A DNA stretch of 64,000 nucleotides from Haplodiscus bocki (Eukaryota): NCBI GenBank assembly GCA_965655095.1, contig OZ296649.1, forward strand, positions 68,200,001 to 68,264,000, read 5' to 3'. The translations under genes were made by a program, and so were the position numbers. The notes under the pieces were generated by a model. That model saw only the letters and a program-made list of their open reading frames with translations, was not told the DNA's origin and ran no database searches. Shown piece after piece: positions 10,819 through 24,600 of the stretch (its first letter is position 1; each line of letters starts with the position of its first letter).

Positions 10819-11036
10819 TTTGAGCACGAAAACGTTCTTAAGTCTTATTGAGTTTTAACCGAACAAGCACACTGTTTAAAGTTTTAAAGAAAAAAACAAA
10901 AACTGCTTAAAGAACAAATACACTTTTAGACAAACACGCACTATCTGAGAATTTTGTTCAACCAACTTCTTTTTTTTATTAACCAGCTCCTCTCAAGAGC
11001 GAAACAAAGTAGTTTTAATTTTAAGTTGTTTTAAGA

Positions 11037-11130
11037 GCAGCCGTTCGAGAAAGCAACCGTTCGAGAAAGCAACCGTTCGAGAAAGCAACCGTTCGAGAAA
11101 GCAACCGTTCGAGAAAGCAACCGTTCGAGA
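11037..11130. repeat. 16-bp minisatellite (GCAACCGTTCGAGAAA) x ~6 in the element 5' leader
   Basis: Direct reading: five full units plus a partial one. Confidence 0.95.
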
Positions 11131-11238
11131 TCTGAACGTTTTACCACTTACCTTGTGCTGGCAACAGAAGGTTTGAGGATTAAACAGTTTTACGTTGTAC
11201 CAAAAACACACAAAAAAACAAAAGAAGGAGAAAGTCAG

Positions 11239-11256
11239 ATCCCACCCTTGTCACCA
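11239..11256 (-). promoter_or_regulatory. Primer-binding site TGGTGACAAGGGTGGGAT (tRNA-Leu-like; Ser not excluded)
   Basis: 18 nt starting TGG just inside the 5' LTR, complementary to a tRNA 3' end ...ATCCCACCCTTGTCA-CCA. Confidence 0.85.
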
Positions 11257-11262
11257 TTTTTC

Positions 11263-12718
11263 TGACGTGTGTTTTGCATCTTGAGTGATCAATATTTTCG
11301 AGTGGTTTTGTTCGCGTAACTTATTTTTATTAAACTGAGAGGTTGCGGCTTGATTTTATTCTTTCTTAACTATGTCTTAAAGAATTCACTCTATGTTGTT
11401 TGGCACAACTACGAGACGTTCAGTTCACAACCATGCATTAGCCAGTATTGCAGACCTTGCACGTTCTACTTGTTTCCTGACATGGGGATGCTACGCTGGT
11501 ACCTTACCACCTTTAAGTTCACCGCCCGGTATAGAGTGAATGTTTTTCTACAACAAATCCTATCAACTCTGTGCAAACGAGTTGTTTCTTAGTTCTAAAT
11601 TTTGTAATCTCGATTACTGGTGGTGGTGGTTCTGACTTTCTATCTTCTCAAATTTTAGCAAGCTCTGAACAAATTTCATCTTTCTTTAATGTTCTTTCGA
11701 ATGCGTGTTTTCAGATTCTCGTCACATATATAGTTCGTTAGTAGTAAATCTAGGATTACTTCACTACTATTAAATTGAAAAAGTCGTTTTAACTACTTTA
11801 TGGCTACTAAAAAGGGATTTGCTTAAAACTTGCTATATAAAAAGTGAAAGAACAAATTTGTTAAGTTGGTTGAATATTTTCTTTTGAGTCTCGAATATCA
11901 TTAAAGCAAATAATTTTTTGCAACGAACTAAGATTATATATTATATTCTTTTGAACTCACGACATGATGCTGATATAGAAGGTTGAGGATTGAGATTCTT
12001 GTGGTGTTATCGTGTGACGAAGTGAGGGCCCTTGCTTTCTTCTGTTGTCGTCGATGAATATGTCGTGTGGCGAAGTGAGGGCCCTTGCCTTCTTCTGTTG
12101 TCGTCGATGTTATTGAATACAAAATTTGGATTTGAGAAAGACAGAGTTTGATTTCTTTTTTTATTTCAGATTGATACAAAGACGTCTAACGCCAACTTTT
12201 GTAGTTCTGAAAATTTTACACCAGCAGCTGTAGAATATCGGCGTTGATTTTCTGTCTCTCAAAATGGGTGGCTAAGAGCAGAGTTTTGCGAGGCTGTCTT
12301 ATATACTCTGCCCGGCGTGATCAGTTTTCACGCCTGTTGATATTTTGACGATTTTTAGCTTTTTTTGTCGATCTGGTGCAATCGATGGCGTAAAAAGTTT
12401 CTGGAGTTCGTCCTTGGAATGTTCTGGAATCTTGGTTGTCAAAGCGTTTCCAGGACGTTGCTGTGATGTAGCAGCCATCTCCAAGAGATTGTTAAAGCAC
12501 CAGAAATCATCGTCATTTTAATAATAATTCTGCACTTTTTTTAGACTAAGGTGGCGTGATATTTTGTCATGAGACGTGGCGTGATCAGAAATATGATAAG
12601 TGCAATCTAATTTAAGAATAATAGAGGTGAGCACCACAATTAGAATACAAAAAGTAGTTCAAGAATGTTCGTGTTTAAAAATTTTCTTGTTTTTTCTTTT
12701 GACAATTTCTGGTTGTCT
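11263..12718 (-). repeat. 5' LTR of the Gypsy element (~1456 bp)
   Basis: Ends ...ACGTCA on the minus strand 6 nt before the PBS; begins AGACAACC (T>A versus the 3' LTR); TGAC...GTCA terminal inverted repeat; roughly 17 differences from the 3' LTR by eye. Confidence 0.93.
12299..12305 (-). promoter_or_regulatory. Candidate LTR TATA box (TATATAA); same motif at 1010-1016 in the 3' LTR
   Basis: TATATAA ~415 nt into the LTR on the sense strand, with AATAAA about 140 nt further on (871-876 in the 3' LTR). Confidence 0.5.
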
Positions 12719-14200
12719 TAATATTATAACTTATTATAACCTAATGGCACTATTCGCAGATTGCCCGGTCTGCCATTTGCCAAATTCAAGTTATAGGTGC
12801 ATTTTTTTTGTCACGTGTTTTCTTGTTTTATAAAAACGTGTATCGATTTAAAAGTAGGGGCAGAAAATTACATGCAAAGATAGACACCGAGTACTTCTTT
12901 ACATTAAAAGTTATCAGGATGCTTGTGCATTGAGCACGCAAACTGCTAAGAAGCCAAAGACGTTGGTTACAGTTTGCGGAGTAAATAGTGAACCCTGTCT
13001 CAAAGGACTGACAGAATTATTCCTTGGTACAAACAAGCCAAGTTGGCATGCTCCAAAAATGTAATGAGTTTTAATACTTAAGTCTCAAATTTAACGGGGT
13101 AATCTGTCGGGTACTCTTATATTACTGCAATACCAATCAAGCAACAGCTGAGCAGGCTATAATTTCTGGTTTGAAAATATCAATAGTTGACGTCAGTGTT
13201 AATACATGTATTTACGATAATGTAACTTTTTTTCAAACAAGAAGTTGGAGCGATAGTGCATTTGGTAATTGCTTAATTTGAAAAAAAAATGACAAAGAAG
13301 CTGGGGAAGATTAAGATCAAGAGAGCACTGAAGAGGGCGAAAGGGAAAAGGATGTGAAAATAGTGAACAAGGCATTGATAGCAAACGAATTTAAGGGCCA
13401 TTTTTGTGAATTACCTCAAGTGGACTGAAGAAACGACTCTTTAACTGCATGCGTTATCACAAAATACATTTTTGAGCTGGCTCTAGGATGACCCGGACAC
13501 GACAATCAAGACCAAACACGAATCCGCAACAAACATGAGCTCGATCCGAATTATTTCGATAACTGGTAAAATGATTCAATTTTTTTTAAAAAAAAACAGA
13601 CGAATTCTGCAAATTCTACAAAATTTTTCGAATTGTACAACGTTGATTAAAATAGAACGACCCGCGGCACAATTTTTTCCATTTTGAAAAACAATTATCA
13701 CTAAAGCTACAACTTTTATCCAAATTTTTTCCAAAACAAATTTGAGAATATCAGGGAGTTGATTAGGTTGTTTTAAAATTGTTGGGCATCTGTTATGAAA
13801 GTATGGAAATGTGAATGTCGAATGAGTATGTTTTTGATCGTTTTTTGGTTTTTTTGGAAAAGGTTTTTGTGTTACCTTTTAGTTATTGCGAATGGAGGAT
13901 ATCCTCGCATATTTTGACAAACTTCCCCTATTTCGACTATGAGAACAAAGGTTTGATTGATTTCGGCATTCTTCACCCCTTCCACCGTAAGCTCTATCAA
14001 AACTAGGTGTAGTGGGATATTTATCAACCTTTTAAGAAGTCTTTTCTGGAAAGCCCGGTTTTCTATAATTCCATCAGGTAACCAGAAGCTTAGATTTGAC
14101 ATTTTCCCGGTGTTTTAGTACTTTCTGCTCTCTCGGTATCAAAGTCAATTATTACCTTTTTCGAAAAATTTCGCTATTTTCATTTTAAAAAACTTAATAC

Positions 14201-14677
14201 GACGGCCGACTACCGCCAGTACATTTTCTGCCCACTAATTTCGTTAAAGATGCCTTTTAAAAGGATGAAGCGTTTTCTTTCAAAAAATACTTTCTTCATC
14301 AAGTTCTGTAATTTTTCCAAATTTAGAAATTTCCTCTTTGCAAAACAACCTCAAAATTCAGATGAAAAAGACATTTTTAAGATAAAATTTCATTTGATAT
14401 GCATTCTATAGCGAATTTACCACATTCAGCGATTTTGAAAAGAAATCAAGGTTTTTGAAAAAAAAAACATTTTTTTTTCAGAAAAACCCAAACGTATTTG
14501 AGAAAACTTGCTATTTCAGTCGCCTTCTGCGGCAAATTTGCTGATGAAAAATTTTCAGAGTCAAAACCACCCGAAATTTGGAATTCCGACATTATCAATT
14601 GGCTAGTAAACGTAAAAAAAACCTTCGCGTTGAATGGATGATTTTCCTTCCATATTATAAATATGAGCGAAAAATAA
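14201..14677 (-). mobile_element. Non-autonomous Helitron-like dispersed repeat (copy A)
   Basis: Shares termini TTATTTTTC.CCCATATT... and ...GCCGGtggtagCCGGCCGTCTTG-like 3' end with other copies in the window. Confidence 0.55.
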
Positions 14678-17600
14678 CAATGAAATGAGCTGTTTATTGT
14701 TTCTTTTGGAGAAGTACCGAAGATTTCCAGATGCAGAAAAACTGTCTTTTTTTAAAATTTTTATCCGGTATTTTGAGTAGTTTCAATCTATTATTGTTTT
14801 CATCAAAAAATTTTCAGCCTTTTCTAAATAGACATTCAAAAGTGCGCATAGTCAATTAGCCCTTTTGTGATATTATTCAGAAAAGTAGACAATACTTTTG
14901 GCTCCAACAACAAAAATGTCTTTTCCTATTTGTTTGCTTTTTTTCATTTTATCACGTGCGTTTTTGCAGTTTCTCTATTTCATTTTCTCCTGATGATGCC
15001 GAGTTTGAGTAAAAATCAAGTTTTTCTGAAGTGCATATGTTCAATTACCAGCAAAAAATAATTAAAACGAATAGAAATAAAAAACTAAAAATTAGAAATT
15101 GCGGTATTTATACATAATACTCTTTTTGGATTGCCTCCGAGCTCCTGGAGACAATCTAAAATTTGCAGTTTGGTTGTGTCTCGTATCTTCTAACTTCTTC
15201 GGGCCGTTTTTCGGAGCTTTATGGAAAAAAGTGCCCAACTTTTACAGTATTTCTCGTTTTTTTTTGTAGAACACTGTTATCGAAGATGTATTCAAAATTT
15301 ACAAGGCCTTTATGGAACGGACATCTGTTCAAAATAGGAGATAGGGACAAAAAACTGGAAGAAACGCTAAATGGGTGTCTGTAACGTGGTTGTCATCTTA
15401 TCATTCCATGGTAACTGCATTTGTGTGTACCCAGAGTTTTTCAAAACTGCAACTAACAATTTTTTTGACACTTTCTTCTTTTTTAAGTAAAAAGTTTTTT
15501 GCAGCTTTTTTGCTCCAGAGCGATTAGCCGCACCGACTACGATCTTTTCACGCCTAGTTGTTTTTACAATTTTGGCCGAATTAAGTTCTAATATCCTTGA
15601 GGACGGGAATTATCGACAAACTTTAGAGTAAATTTTTATTCAAAAGCGATTGTTTATAGTCGGCAGTTTGCAGCAGCAAAAAAGCTTTTTATTACAGGGA
15701 CTCATTTTTTATTTCAAAAAGTGCCTGGTAGTCCAGAATGTAAGATAATAACGTTTTTTGGCATAGACACGAGTTTGAGTCTAGGGAAGTCCAACTTTTT
15801 TTTCAAGAAAAGGTATATTTTCAATTTCAACGTTACTGACACTCCCATTTTGAGATACCCCCTTGTATATTTTAAGCTTTTAATCCTTTGCTGGTACCGC
15901 GAACTTGAGCGTTCTGGGCTTGTTAGTCGGCGCTTTCCCTCAAGTAAAGACGCCCATTATTGCAGTGGCTTTTTTGTATGACGACAGATTCACTTCGAAT
16001 CAATTCATTTTTAATTACAATTGAACAAAATAGAACTTGCACGAAATTTTTTCTCGTTTGAGTCCAGCAGTGTAGACAGAATGCGTCAAAGTAATTGGGA
16101 CAAATGTTTACTCGGAAAAAAAACATGCCATAACTGAAAACCACCATTTCAGAAAACACTAAAGGAACCCCTCTCTAAAGTGTTGCTGTACAACCTTAAA
16201 AAAGCTTTCGACGGAAAATCCTAACATCGCTTTTAGGGACACCACAATTGTGCCGATGGACCATATATTCTTGGCATTGTGGAACGGATGATTGGTCTCC
16301 GATAACCGAACACAGTGCAATACCACATTTTGCATCGAAAAGTTTTTTTCAAGGCGTATACCAGAAACATTTGGGAGGAGCATACTAATAATTTCCGTGA
16401 TACCCTTTTAATATATCCCAAAGATGTATTTCAAAAATTTTTGCGTTGCCGGAGGGCAGAGCCGTTTCTGAAATGTGCTCGCAATCGTAGATATAACCAA
16501 GAAGACAGGTTGAAAAATGGAAGAGAAGCTCACATTAGCTTGATCGGGAATTTTCTGCGAAAAATTCTAGGGTCGACAATTGTAGTCAAAAATCACCAAT
16601 CTGAATCAAGTAACCGAATTACGTAATCTTCAATGTGAAGAAAGTGAAGATAGAGGAACTGAAAGCATAGGACGAGTAAAAATTATAGTAAGAAAGGCGA
16701 AGTTGTTAATCTGACGGCTGTAGTCGTATAAGCCTAGGACAAGACGACCGAAATGAGGCTCAAGGCTTTTAAATGGCTTTATGTAACGTGTCTTTGAGGG
16801 AGATCCAGTTTTGATTGGACTGAAAATGGTCACGTGAGATCTGGCTGAATGCGTGGAAAAAAGTTCAATCACAAGTTGTCATTCTGTGGCTATGGTTTTT
16901 GCCATATAGCAACCACTCCCAAAGGTGTACCCCTAGGCTCTTTTCTATTCAGAGCAACGATTTCTAATTCTGAAAATTCTGTTCAACTTAATGACTTTAT
17001 GTTTTTTTTTCCACCCGTTTCCTAACTTTTTCTGCCTCGGTGACAGCGAATGCGAATTTCAATCATTTCTCCAAATCGATTTTGCGCAGTTGAGCCCCGC
17101 TGCGGAAACTAATTACAATTTTCAAAAGACGTATATGTAGATTAAACTCTTATTAGAATGTCAAAAAACATTCGTTCCTTTTCAATGAGGCCTAATTTGG
17201 GGGTGCTGTGATTTTTCAAGACAAATTTAAAAGGAAATTTTTGAAAAGCTCTCATTCAAGCAATGGCTAATGTTTAACAAAAACAAAATAACTGCCGTAG
17301 AATTGCGAAGCTTTAGAACCTATAATTGTACCAAATAAGAAATTCTATGTCCACATTTTTTCCCGGGTTGAAGTTGTACAAGTAGTTTATAAAACACTAT
17401 TTCAGACAGACAGAATATTAAGGAAAAACTTCTAAAGGCTTATGCCGTTCACTGCCTCAATTCATTAATTTCCAAAAGTTGTCCCTCATAACCTTTGGGA
17501 TCCGAAATGGTGTTTTAAATACTGTTTTATGAAGTAAACATTAACAATTTGTTTTGTAATTGCAAAATCGGTGAAACTACTATGGCCATTATACCTACGA

Positions 17601-20600
17601 AATTGCAAGTTGAAAGTGCTCCTACAAAACTGACGGGCGCGCCAAAAAGGAAGAAATCATTCCAATTATCTGGAAAACGATTAAAAACACGTGACTTTAA
17701 TAACACTACGTATCACAAATGTGAGTTGAAGGAGCCTCAGTTTATGGTAACTCACTTGATAAAAATTAGGTTCTACAAACGACACATTTAATGATCCTTA
17801 TCATCATAAAAATTCACACACAAACATCGATGGCCACTTTGTCGACAGGCATAAACAGTTCCATTATCTGAGCATAGAACAAATTTAAGTTTGAAAATCT
17901 TGAAAACTTCATTAGAGTGAGATAATTATAGTACCCTTCGCTTATAAACAATATACTCGTTTTCTTTATTCTCAACAAAGTTGGATTAGTATGTAAAAAG
18001 ACTTCCTCTGATAACATCTAATAACACTTCCCAATCCTCTATAACCCAAACACCAATTCACTTTTTAACTATCATAATTCTGCTTTCAGCATCATCTAAC
18101 CTGTAAAATGGAGTTTCGTTCATATGAAATTGTTTCATTGAGAGTCACTACATTTGCTACTAGAGAGAACAAAATCACTGATAAAATCCATATCCTGACT
18201 ATGCACTGACTCATCATTAGAAGATACCCAACAATCAGAATAAATGACTTCAGAGCAGACACCGCGAAAATCTGCTCCAAGCAGAAAACAACAGAATTGG
18301 CAGAATTTACCATTCACAGCAGATTGAGCAGAATAGAAAAATCTCTTGTTTATGCTCTGATTTCAATAACAAAATAACCAAAAAAGATTCGTCTGCCCAT
18401 GAAATAAAATACAATGTGAGAGAATTTTGATGTACACAGAAAAACTACAAGGAAACACAAGTCGAAAAAAACATGGAGGTTTTCCATGTTGCATCGATGC
18501 GTGCAGGGAAATTTTTTTGATAAAACATGAAAAAATTCATAAAAATTTTTACAAAACATCTATGCAACGTGCAAAATTTTCTAAACTTCGAAGAATTTTA
18601 CGAAATTTCATAAAACATGTTGAAGAACTTTAAAAAAACATCTAAGAATTTTACAGAAAATTCCAAGAATTTTACAGAAAAAATTCTGAAGGACAATTCA
18701 ATTTTTCATAGAATATTTCTCAGTTTTTGTCTTTTGCACTGCTGAAACATAGAGTGGAGCTCTGCACGTCCTGCCATGTTGGAAAAATTTGAAAAGCATG
18801 TATATTTAAACTAACTCGATTTTTTGTTAACTCGATTTTTTGTATGTTTCATAAAACAGTTTTTTAAAACCACCAAAATGTCTCTTGACTTTCAAAAAAA
18901 TGTTTGTTGAATGTTAATACGAAAACAATTTCCTAAAAGTTTTGAGTTTTGCATAGAAAATGCATAGATTTTTTGTTAGGTGCATCGAAAAGTTTTCTTA
19001 AAACTTCCATGCTGCAGCCATTCTGCAGCGCATGCAAAATTTTCGATGCATTTTCTAAAATTTTTTTGAAAAGTGTATTCAACATCAAAAATCTTCGAAA
19101 ACCTGCATACAGCTTCGACTAAAGAAAAACGAGCTCAAGTATATTCAAAATGGTTCTTAATTCGATAATTGATGGTTGATTTGTGTTTTTTTGCTTTGAA
19201 GTTATTCAATTCAATAATTTCCGGGGAAATTTTCCAAAAAGCAGAAAAAAGCAGATTTAATTTTGGGCGGCAGCAGAATTTCGGTTTGACAGCAGCAGAT
19301 TTTCGCAGTGCCTGCTTCAGAGGCAGTAAGCTCACACATTTAACATTCCAAAAAGTAACTTGATAACATTCAACTATGTACTTTTGATTTTCATCAATAT
19401 ATTGTGAATTTAGTTCTAAAAGTTAATGTTACCAGTGCAATACTTGGGCGGAAGCCACTTCGGAAACTTCATTGCTCCTTTACCAGTCTGTTATAAAAGT
19501 TATGTCTTATTGCTCTCTCAACAGTTTTATATATATTCCAACCTCAACCTCATCAAATTTAATCTCAATCATCAACCTTTCAGTTTCCATTTTTCGACAA
19601 ATCTGTAAAACCCAATTTTCTACTTTCTAAAATTTTACCTTAGAAAGAGTTGGAGCAGTATCTATTGAGTCCATATTGTTTGCATTATAAAGTTGCTTAA
19701 CTGCTCAATAACGAGACCTAATCTGTTTTTGCATAAATAAATCTAATAATATATGGGCTAATATTTTTCTGCATTAATATAATTTGACTCAGCTTTTCTT
19801 TACTCATACCTCCACTGAAAAGGAAGCATATTCCTTTTGCGTCATCCCAACACGATTACAAGATCCGCCATGCTGAAGGGAAAAATCTTTTGTTCATTCT
19901 TCCTTACTTCCATATTCCCGCGTTTCCCCTTTCAGTCAAAATTATGCCATCAAATCACAGTGTTGAACACTAATTTTGTATTGATCGCTTGGGAGCCAAT
20001 TCATTGCTTTTATTGTTTCAACAACATCTTCAAAGTTCGTGCAGTGGACGGATTAAATAAGGTATTAAAAAACTTTAAACGTACCATTCTCTATACTATT
20101 CTAAAGGTTATCTAAATCCTTGAAGTTTTTGGATTTGAGTATATAAATTTATATATATTAATATTCAAATATTAATATTCAAAACATTTTGGCTTATTGG
20201 CATTAATGAATTTACTTCCAGCATGGGGAAATAAAATTTTTCTGTCTTCTAATCAAATCTTTTGTTTCGTCATACTCTGACACCTTCACAAAACGCACAA
20301 CTACAATTACACTCACCCTCAAGTCATTCCTTCACGATTACGAAAGCTGCAGTTTGTAAGATAATCTTCCTCTGTGCAATTTTCACTATCTCCACACTTT
20401 GGTATTTCATGAATTTTTTCTATCAGTTAGATTAAGGGTACCATCATCTAGTTCTATCACTTTCTTCTTTTTGGAATTCTTCTGACCATTCTTGCGTTCA
20501 AATTTGACTCCCAACATTGTAGGTGCCTTTATTTGTTGTGTAATTTTGCCTTCATGATCGATGAATTTCTTTTGAGGGACTCTTTTGGATTTTATTGTTG

Positions 20601-21149
20601 ATGAAGTTCATTTTTTGGAAATAAATCTGTACAGAACAATTCTATTTTTTGAACGATGTTGTGTTCAGGTTTGGAAACATTTTTCGAAAACCCTAAAATG
20701 TTGGTCTGGACACGTAGATTTCAGGTATGACAATCATCCCGAAAAATTTTCGCCCAAGATCCGAAATTATTTCTCTCAAAGTCCGAAAATAAGATTGAAA
20801 TTATGAATTTCTCAAAAAACATGAGTGTCCTTAAAACGTTACTCTGGACACATAGAATGCAGTTTTGACAGCCGCGTTGGATGTTTTTTTTCGGCTTCTT
20901 TTTGAAAACAGTTTGATTTTTCCACAGAGAAGATTGCCAGTAAAAGTATTTTTCTTTCAATGATTGCATCATAATAAATATTCCACAGGTTATAAAACTT
21001 GAGTGCGTTTAGTACGGGATGCTTGGAGGTCTATTGAGGAACAAAATGTGAAACAGTATCCGTAGATCATTTCAAGGTCTTTCGTTTTAGTCAAGTTACT
21101 CAATTAAACATCTTTGACCCTTGGCAGTTTGAGTTCCTACCATTTTTCT

Positions 21150-21925
21150 TGTAACGGCTGTACAAGAACACTCTATTCTTATACTAAACACCGACGTTGG
21201 TCAGTCCATTAGATTTTAAAAAGACTGTATAAATTTGCTTTGATGAATTAACTCCCACTTTGAGTATTGCTAAAATCGACTTTTTCAACAACTTTAATGC
21301 TGTCTTTGAGCTTTCAGCAATCTTGGTTTCATATCTCCGTCTGACTTAAATTTTGCCTGCATGCTCTAGCATAAAGGATTGCTGGTTTAAATATCGAATT
21401 TTAGATCAACTTTTCTTCGCAGAGCATAATATTATTTCTAAAAAAAGATAGAATATCCAATGTTTACATGGCGAAGAATGACATTAAACATCGCATAATT
21501 CGTGAATAAATTTTCAGAAAATCAAAAACTGAAGCTTTTCAAGCATTTTGGGGCAGGAGATTACCATGGCATTCAAAGCAACTACAACAATCCAAAGTTT
21601 TCGGATTAAGGCAATTTATATAAGGACGTTAAAAAGATAAATTTAACAAATGATCTAAAAATGTGATCTTTAAGCAAAGTAAAAGTATCGGGTGAGAAGT
21701 ATTTGCATAAAAGCACTCAACTGGGTTAGATTAGAGTCATGAAAAGTGGTCAAGATCATCTTCGATATCCAACATCGACGAAAAGCACAGGAAATGACAA
21801 TAAAGGTATGTGAAACGTCAAATTTGAGATGAAACAAGTGAAATCTTAACATTCTCTTAAAAATCAAGCCTCAAACACGGGTCGAAAGGGTCAATTTGGC
21901 AAATATTGTAGAACGTTGAAGCGCC
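21150..21925 (-). mobile_element. Partial LTR related to the BEL/Pao LTRs, inverted orientation
   Basis: Reverse complement aligns with ~43705-44465 up to the ...GTTACA LTR end, followed by a TGGTAGG PBS-like motif (21131-21142). Confidence 0.7.
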
Positions 21926-22075
21926 AATCAATTAAATAATATTCCACAGTATGATTTGTGCACTAAATTCTATGGAAAAGACTGAAAACCAAACAAAAGA
22001 CATGCTTCTCAAGGCGGTTCCAACGGACGGAATAAATAAATTTTTCGTCTCGGAGTGCGCTGAAAGTTACCATAG

Positions 22076-22440
22076 CGGAAAGGCAGAAAAATATAAGATT
22101 TTTGTCTCAAATTTATGTCACCAGCTCTATTAGGATACAAGTTTGACTGATTTTAAGGTCAGGGTAGTGTTAGAAGTGATTTTCAGTGTTTTGATAGCGG
22201 AAGAGCGAAAAATGTTAAGGTTTTTGTCACAACTTTATGTCACCAACTCTATTAGGAGACAGGTTTGAGTGATTTCAAGGTCAAGGTAGTGTTAGAAATG
22301 ATTTTCAGTGTTTTGTTACCGAAGGAGCGGAAAAATATAAAATTTTTCTCACAACTTCATGTCGCCAGCTCTATTAGGGGACAAGTTTGACTAATTTCAA
22401 GGTCAGGGTAGCGTCAGAAGTGAACTTCAGTTTTTCGTTA
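22076..22440. repeat. ~122-bp tandem repeat, 3 copies
   Basis: ...tatgtcaccagctctattagg...tttcaaggtcagggtagtgttagaagtgattttcagtg... recurs three times. Confidence 0.9.
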
Positions 22441-23159
22441 GTGTTTTAAGGGGCAAAATGTGCTAGAATACAGCCCATTGATTTTGTCACATACAAGGCA
22501 ATTGTTAGGGGCTTGTTTAGGGTTAATTCAAAGTTTCTGAGGTTTTCACGAAAAACAACATTTTTGTAAGTTTCAATGTTTTTCAGTCTCCGACCGACAT
22601 AAGTCTGTTCACACACAAAAAATACTCTCTGGTTGAAAAATGGCTTTTTGTCAAGGATTTTTTCCTTAATTTTTATGCTCTGTTCAGCTGTATATGTTGA
22701 ATGAAAATATTTTGGACTCAAAGGGCGGGTCAGAATCATGCCTCATGGCGACAGTAACCACAATGGTCAAGTCAAGCCATATTTGAACCAAAGTCTACTT
22801 CTCAGCAAAAATCCAAAACGTCCTTCAAGTTGGGAACAATGGAATTTCACGAGAAATCCTGGACTGATTGCTGTCAACAAATTCATCAAGTATGAGGTAT
22901 TTCGCGCAGTTGTGAAACTTCTTATAACAACAATTCAATTTTCCCAAAAAGGTTGTAATCCTCAATGTTAGAAAGGGGGCGAAGCATCTGGTTGTTACTT
23001 CGATGACAAATGAAACATTTGCCGTCGAATTCTTTGTTCTGAAGTCACACCTTGGCTTTTTCTTGAACTATTCGTGGCAGGAAATTAGCCTGAGGAAGAA
23101 AAGAAGTCTATTTGCAAGGGCAATTTTCAGCAATTTAACTTCCAACTCGGTTAAACCGT

Positions 23160-23740
23160 AGTACTACTGTTCACGAGACGGAAAATGGGCCGAGATCGAC
23201 AAAAAAATTATAACTCCAAAGTCAATCAAAGGGAGATTCAATTTCGGAGGCGGTGGGGTTCTTCTGCAAATTATATGCCTAACTGTGTAATTTTCACCGT
23301 TCAACTGAGAGGGTGTCTCGTAGCTCTTGACTGTTGGTTTAAAAATTCGAAGAAATTTTTTGTCTCGCAAAGAACTTGAATTAGCTTGGTCAGTTTTCTC
23401 ACAGACAAATTTTCTCAGTTAATAGATATAGTAGTAACAGAAAAATAACGGTTAACAATATAATAATGGCAGATAATACTATCAATTCGTACTCACACAT
23501 CAAATAATTTCGAATTAATACTTCAATAAATACGCTAAAACAGATAATAGCATCAATCAATTTGGAGAAAATTTAACACCACAACCTTACGTTGATAGTC
23601 GGAAAATCTCTCACTACTTCTACAGGAATTGGATCAAACACCAAAACAACAACTCATAAAATTATTAAACGGATAAATCTAGTCTCACTAGATTCTCAAA
23701 CGAAAAACTAATCGATTCCAACAGTCCCAGACTATTGAAC
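23160..23740. repeat. Dispersed repeat, diverged second copy at ~52345-52930
   Basis: aactccaaagtcaatcaaagggagattcaatttcggaggcggtgggg... aligns with aactccaaaatcaatgaaaaggagactcagcttcagaggcggtggga... Confidence 0.7.
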
Positions 23741-24600
23741 AATAACATCTTTGAGAAATAAGGAAGCAAACATTGGGGACCATTTGAAAAAAGGCTCTAA
23801 ATTTGAGCAGCGAGAGCGTAAGTATGTTAATACGTGGGGTGGTGGCGGCCGTGCGCGTGGTCAAAAATCACTCCAAAAGCACTTCTATTGTATTCTTTCT
23901 GTATTTATAACAACTTGTTTTCACTCCGCTTTCACTTTTATGCGCTTCTAAAGTTGCAACTGAACTGTGAATTCTCAATTTTACCATTTTCCGGACCGTA
24001 ATAATTTTCGAATTATTTCTTTGACAACTTTTAAATTTTAGCATGCTGTGAAAATCACCCTAATTGCTCGTCTTGAAATGTAAATTTCATTGGTGAAAGG
24101 CGTTTTGCTCTATCTAAAAGAGCTTTTGAGAAAATTGACGTTGAAAATCGGGTGCGAACTAGACCAAGTTTTAATTTTTATGCTGCTTTTACTTCGCTAT
24201 GTTAATACACGTGACAAGGTCGTTCGAAAAAACTAATATTTGCTCCGCTGCTTGTTGTCATTCCAACGTAGTGCTTATTCAGTTCAATATTCGTTTTTCA
24301 CGTGTTATTCTAACTGCTAAATTCCACGAATTTCACGTGCACTAACACTGCAAATACAGTATTGCAAAAATGGCAAATATGATTGACTTATATCCTAATT
24401 TCTGACCATCAACCTTTTCCCGCAATTAAATACGTAACTTTAAACAGCAATTGAATGGTGCATAATCAATATCAAGGTTAAAATATTATTTAAAAAATGT
24501 ACTACAAATACCACACAGATCTTGATTTTCAGATTTCTTAAGATTTCATAGGAATTTCCACCTTTTTCCTCCGGCAAATAATCAAGTAATGTTGTGATAA

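Larger units (their letters stand above)
1..12718 (-). mobile_element. Env-bearing Ty3/Gypsy LTR retrotransposon (errantivirus-like endogenous retrovirus), disabled; about 27 bp of the 3' LTR lie outside the window
   Basis: Two long direct repeats (1-1430 and 11263-12718), PBS, PPT, gag-pol-env on the minus strand with pol order PR-RT-RH-IN. Confidence 0.95.

Noticed and set aside
10993-11211. 72-aa ORF with repeated peptide
   Set aside because: Translation of the 16-bp minisatellite.
12719-12724. TSD of the Gypsy element, or LTR extended by TAAT
   Set aside because: The left end lies outside the window, so neither can be tested; the shared TAAT may be chance.
18070-19330. GCAG/TGCA-rich segment as a defined MITE
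   Set aside because: Could not identify convincing TIRs or a TSD.
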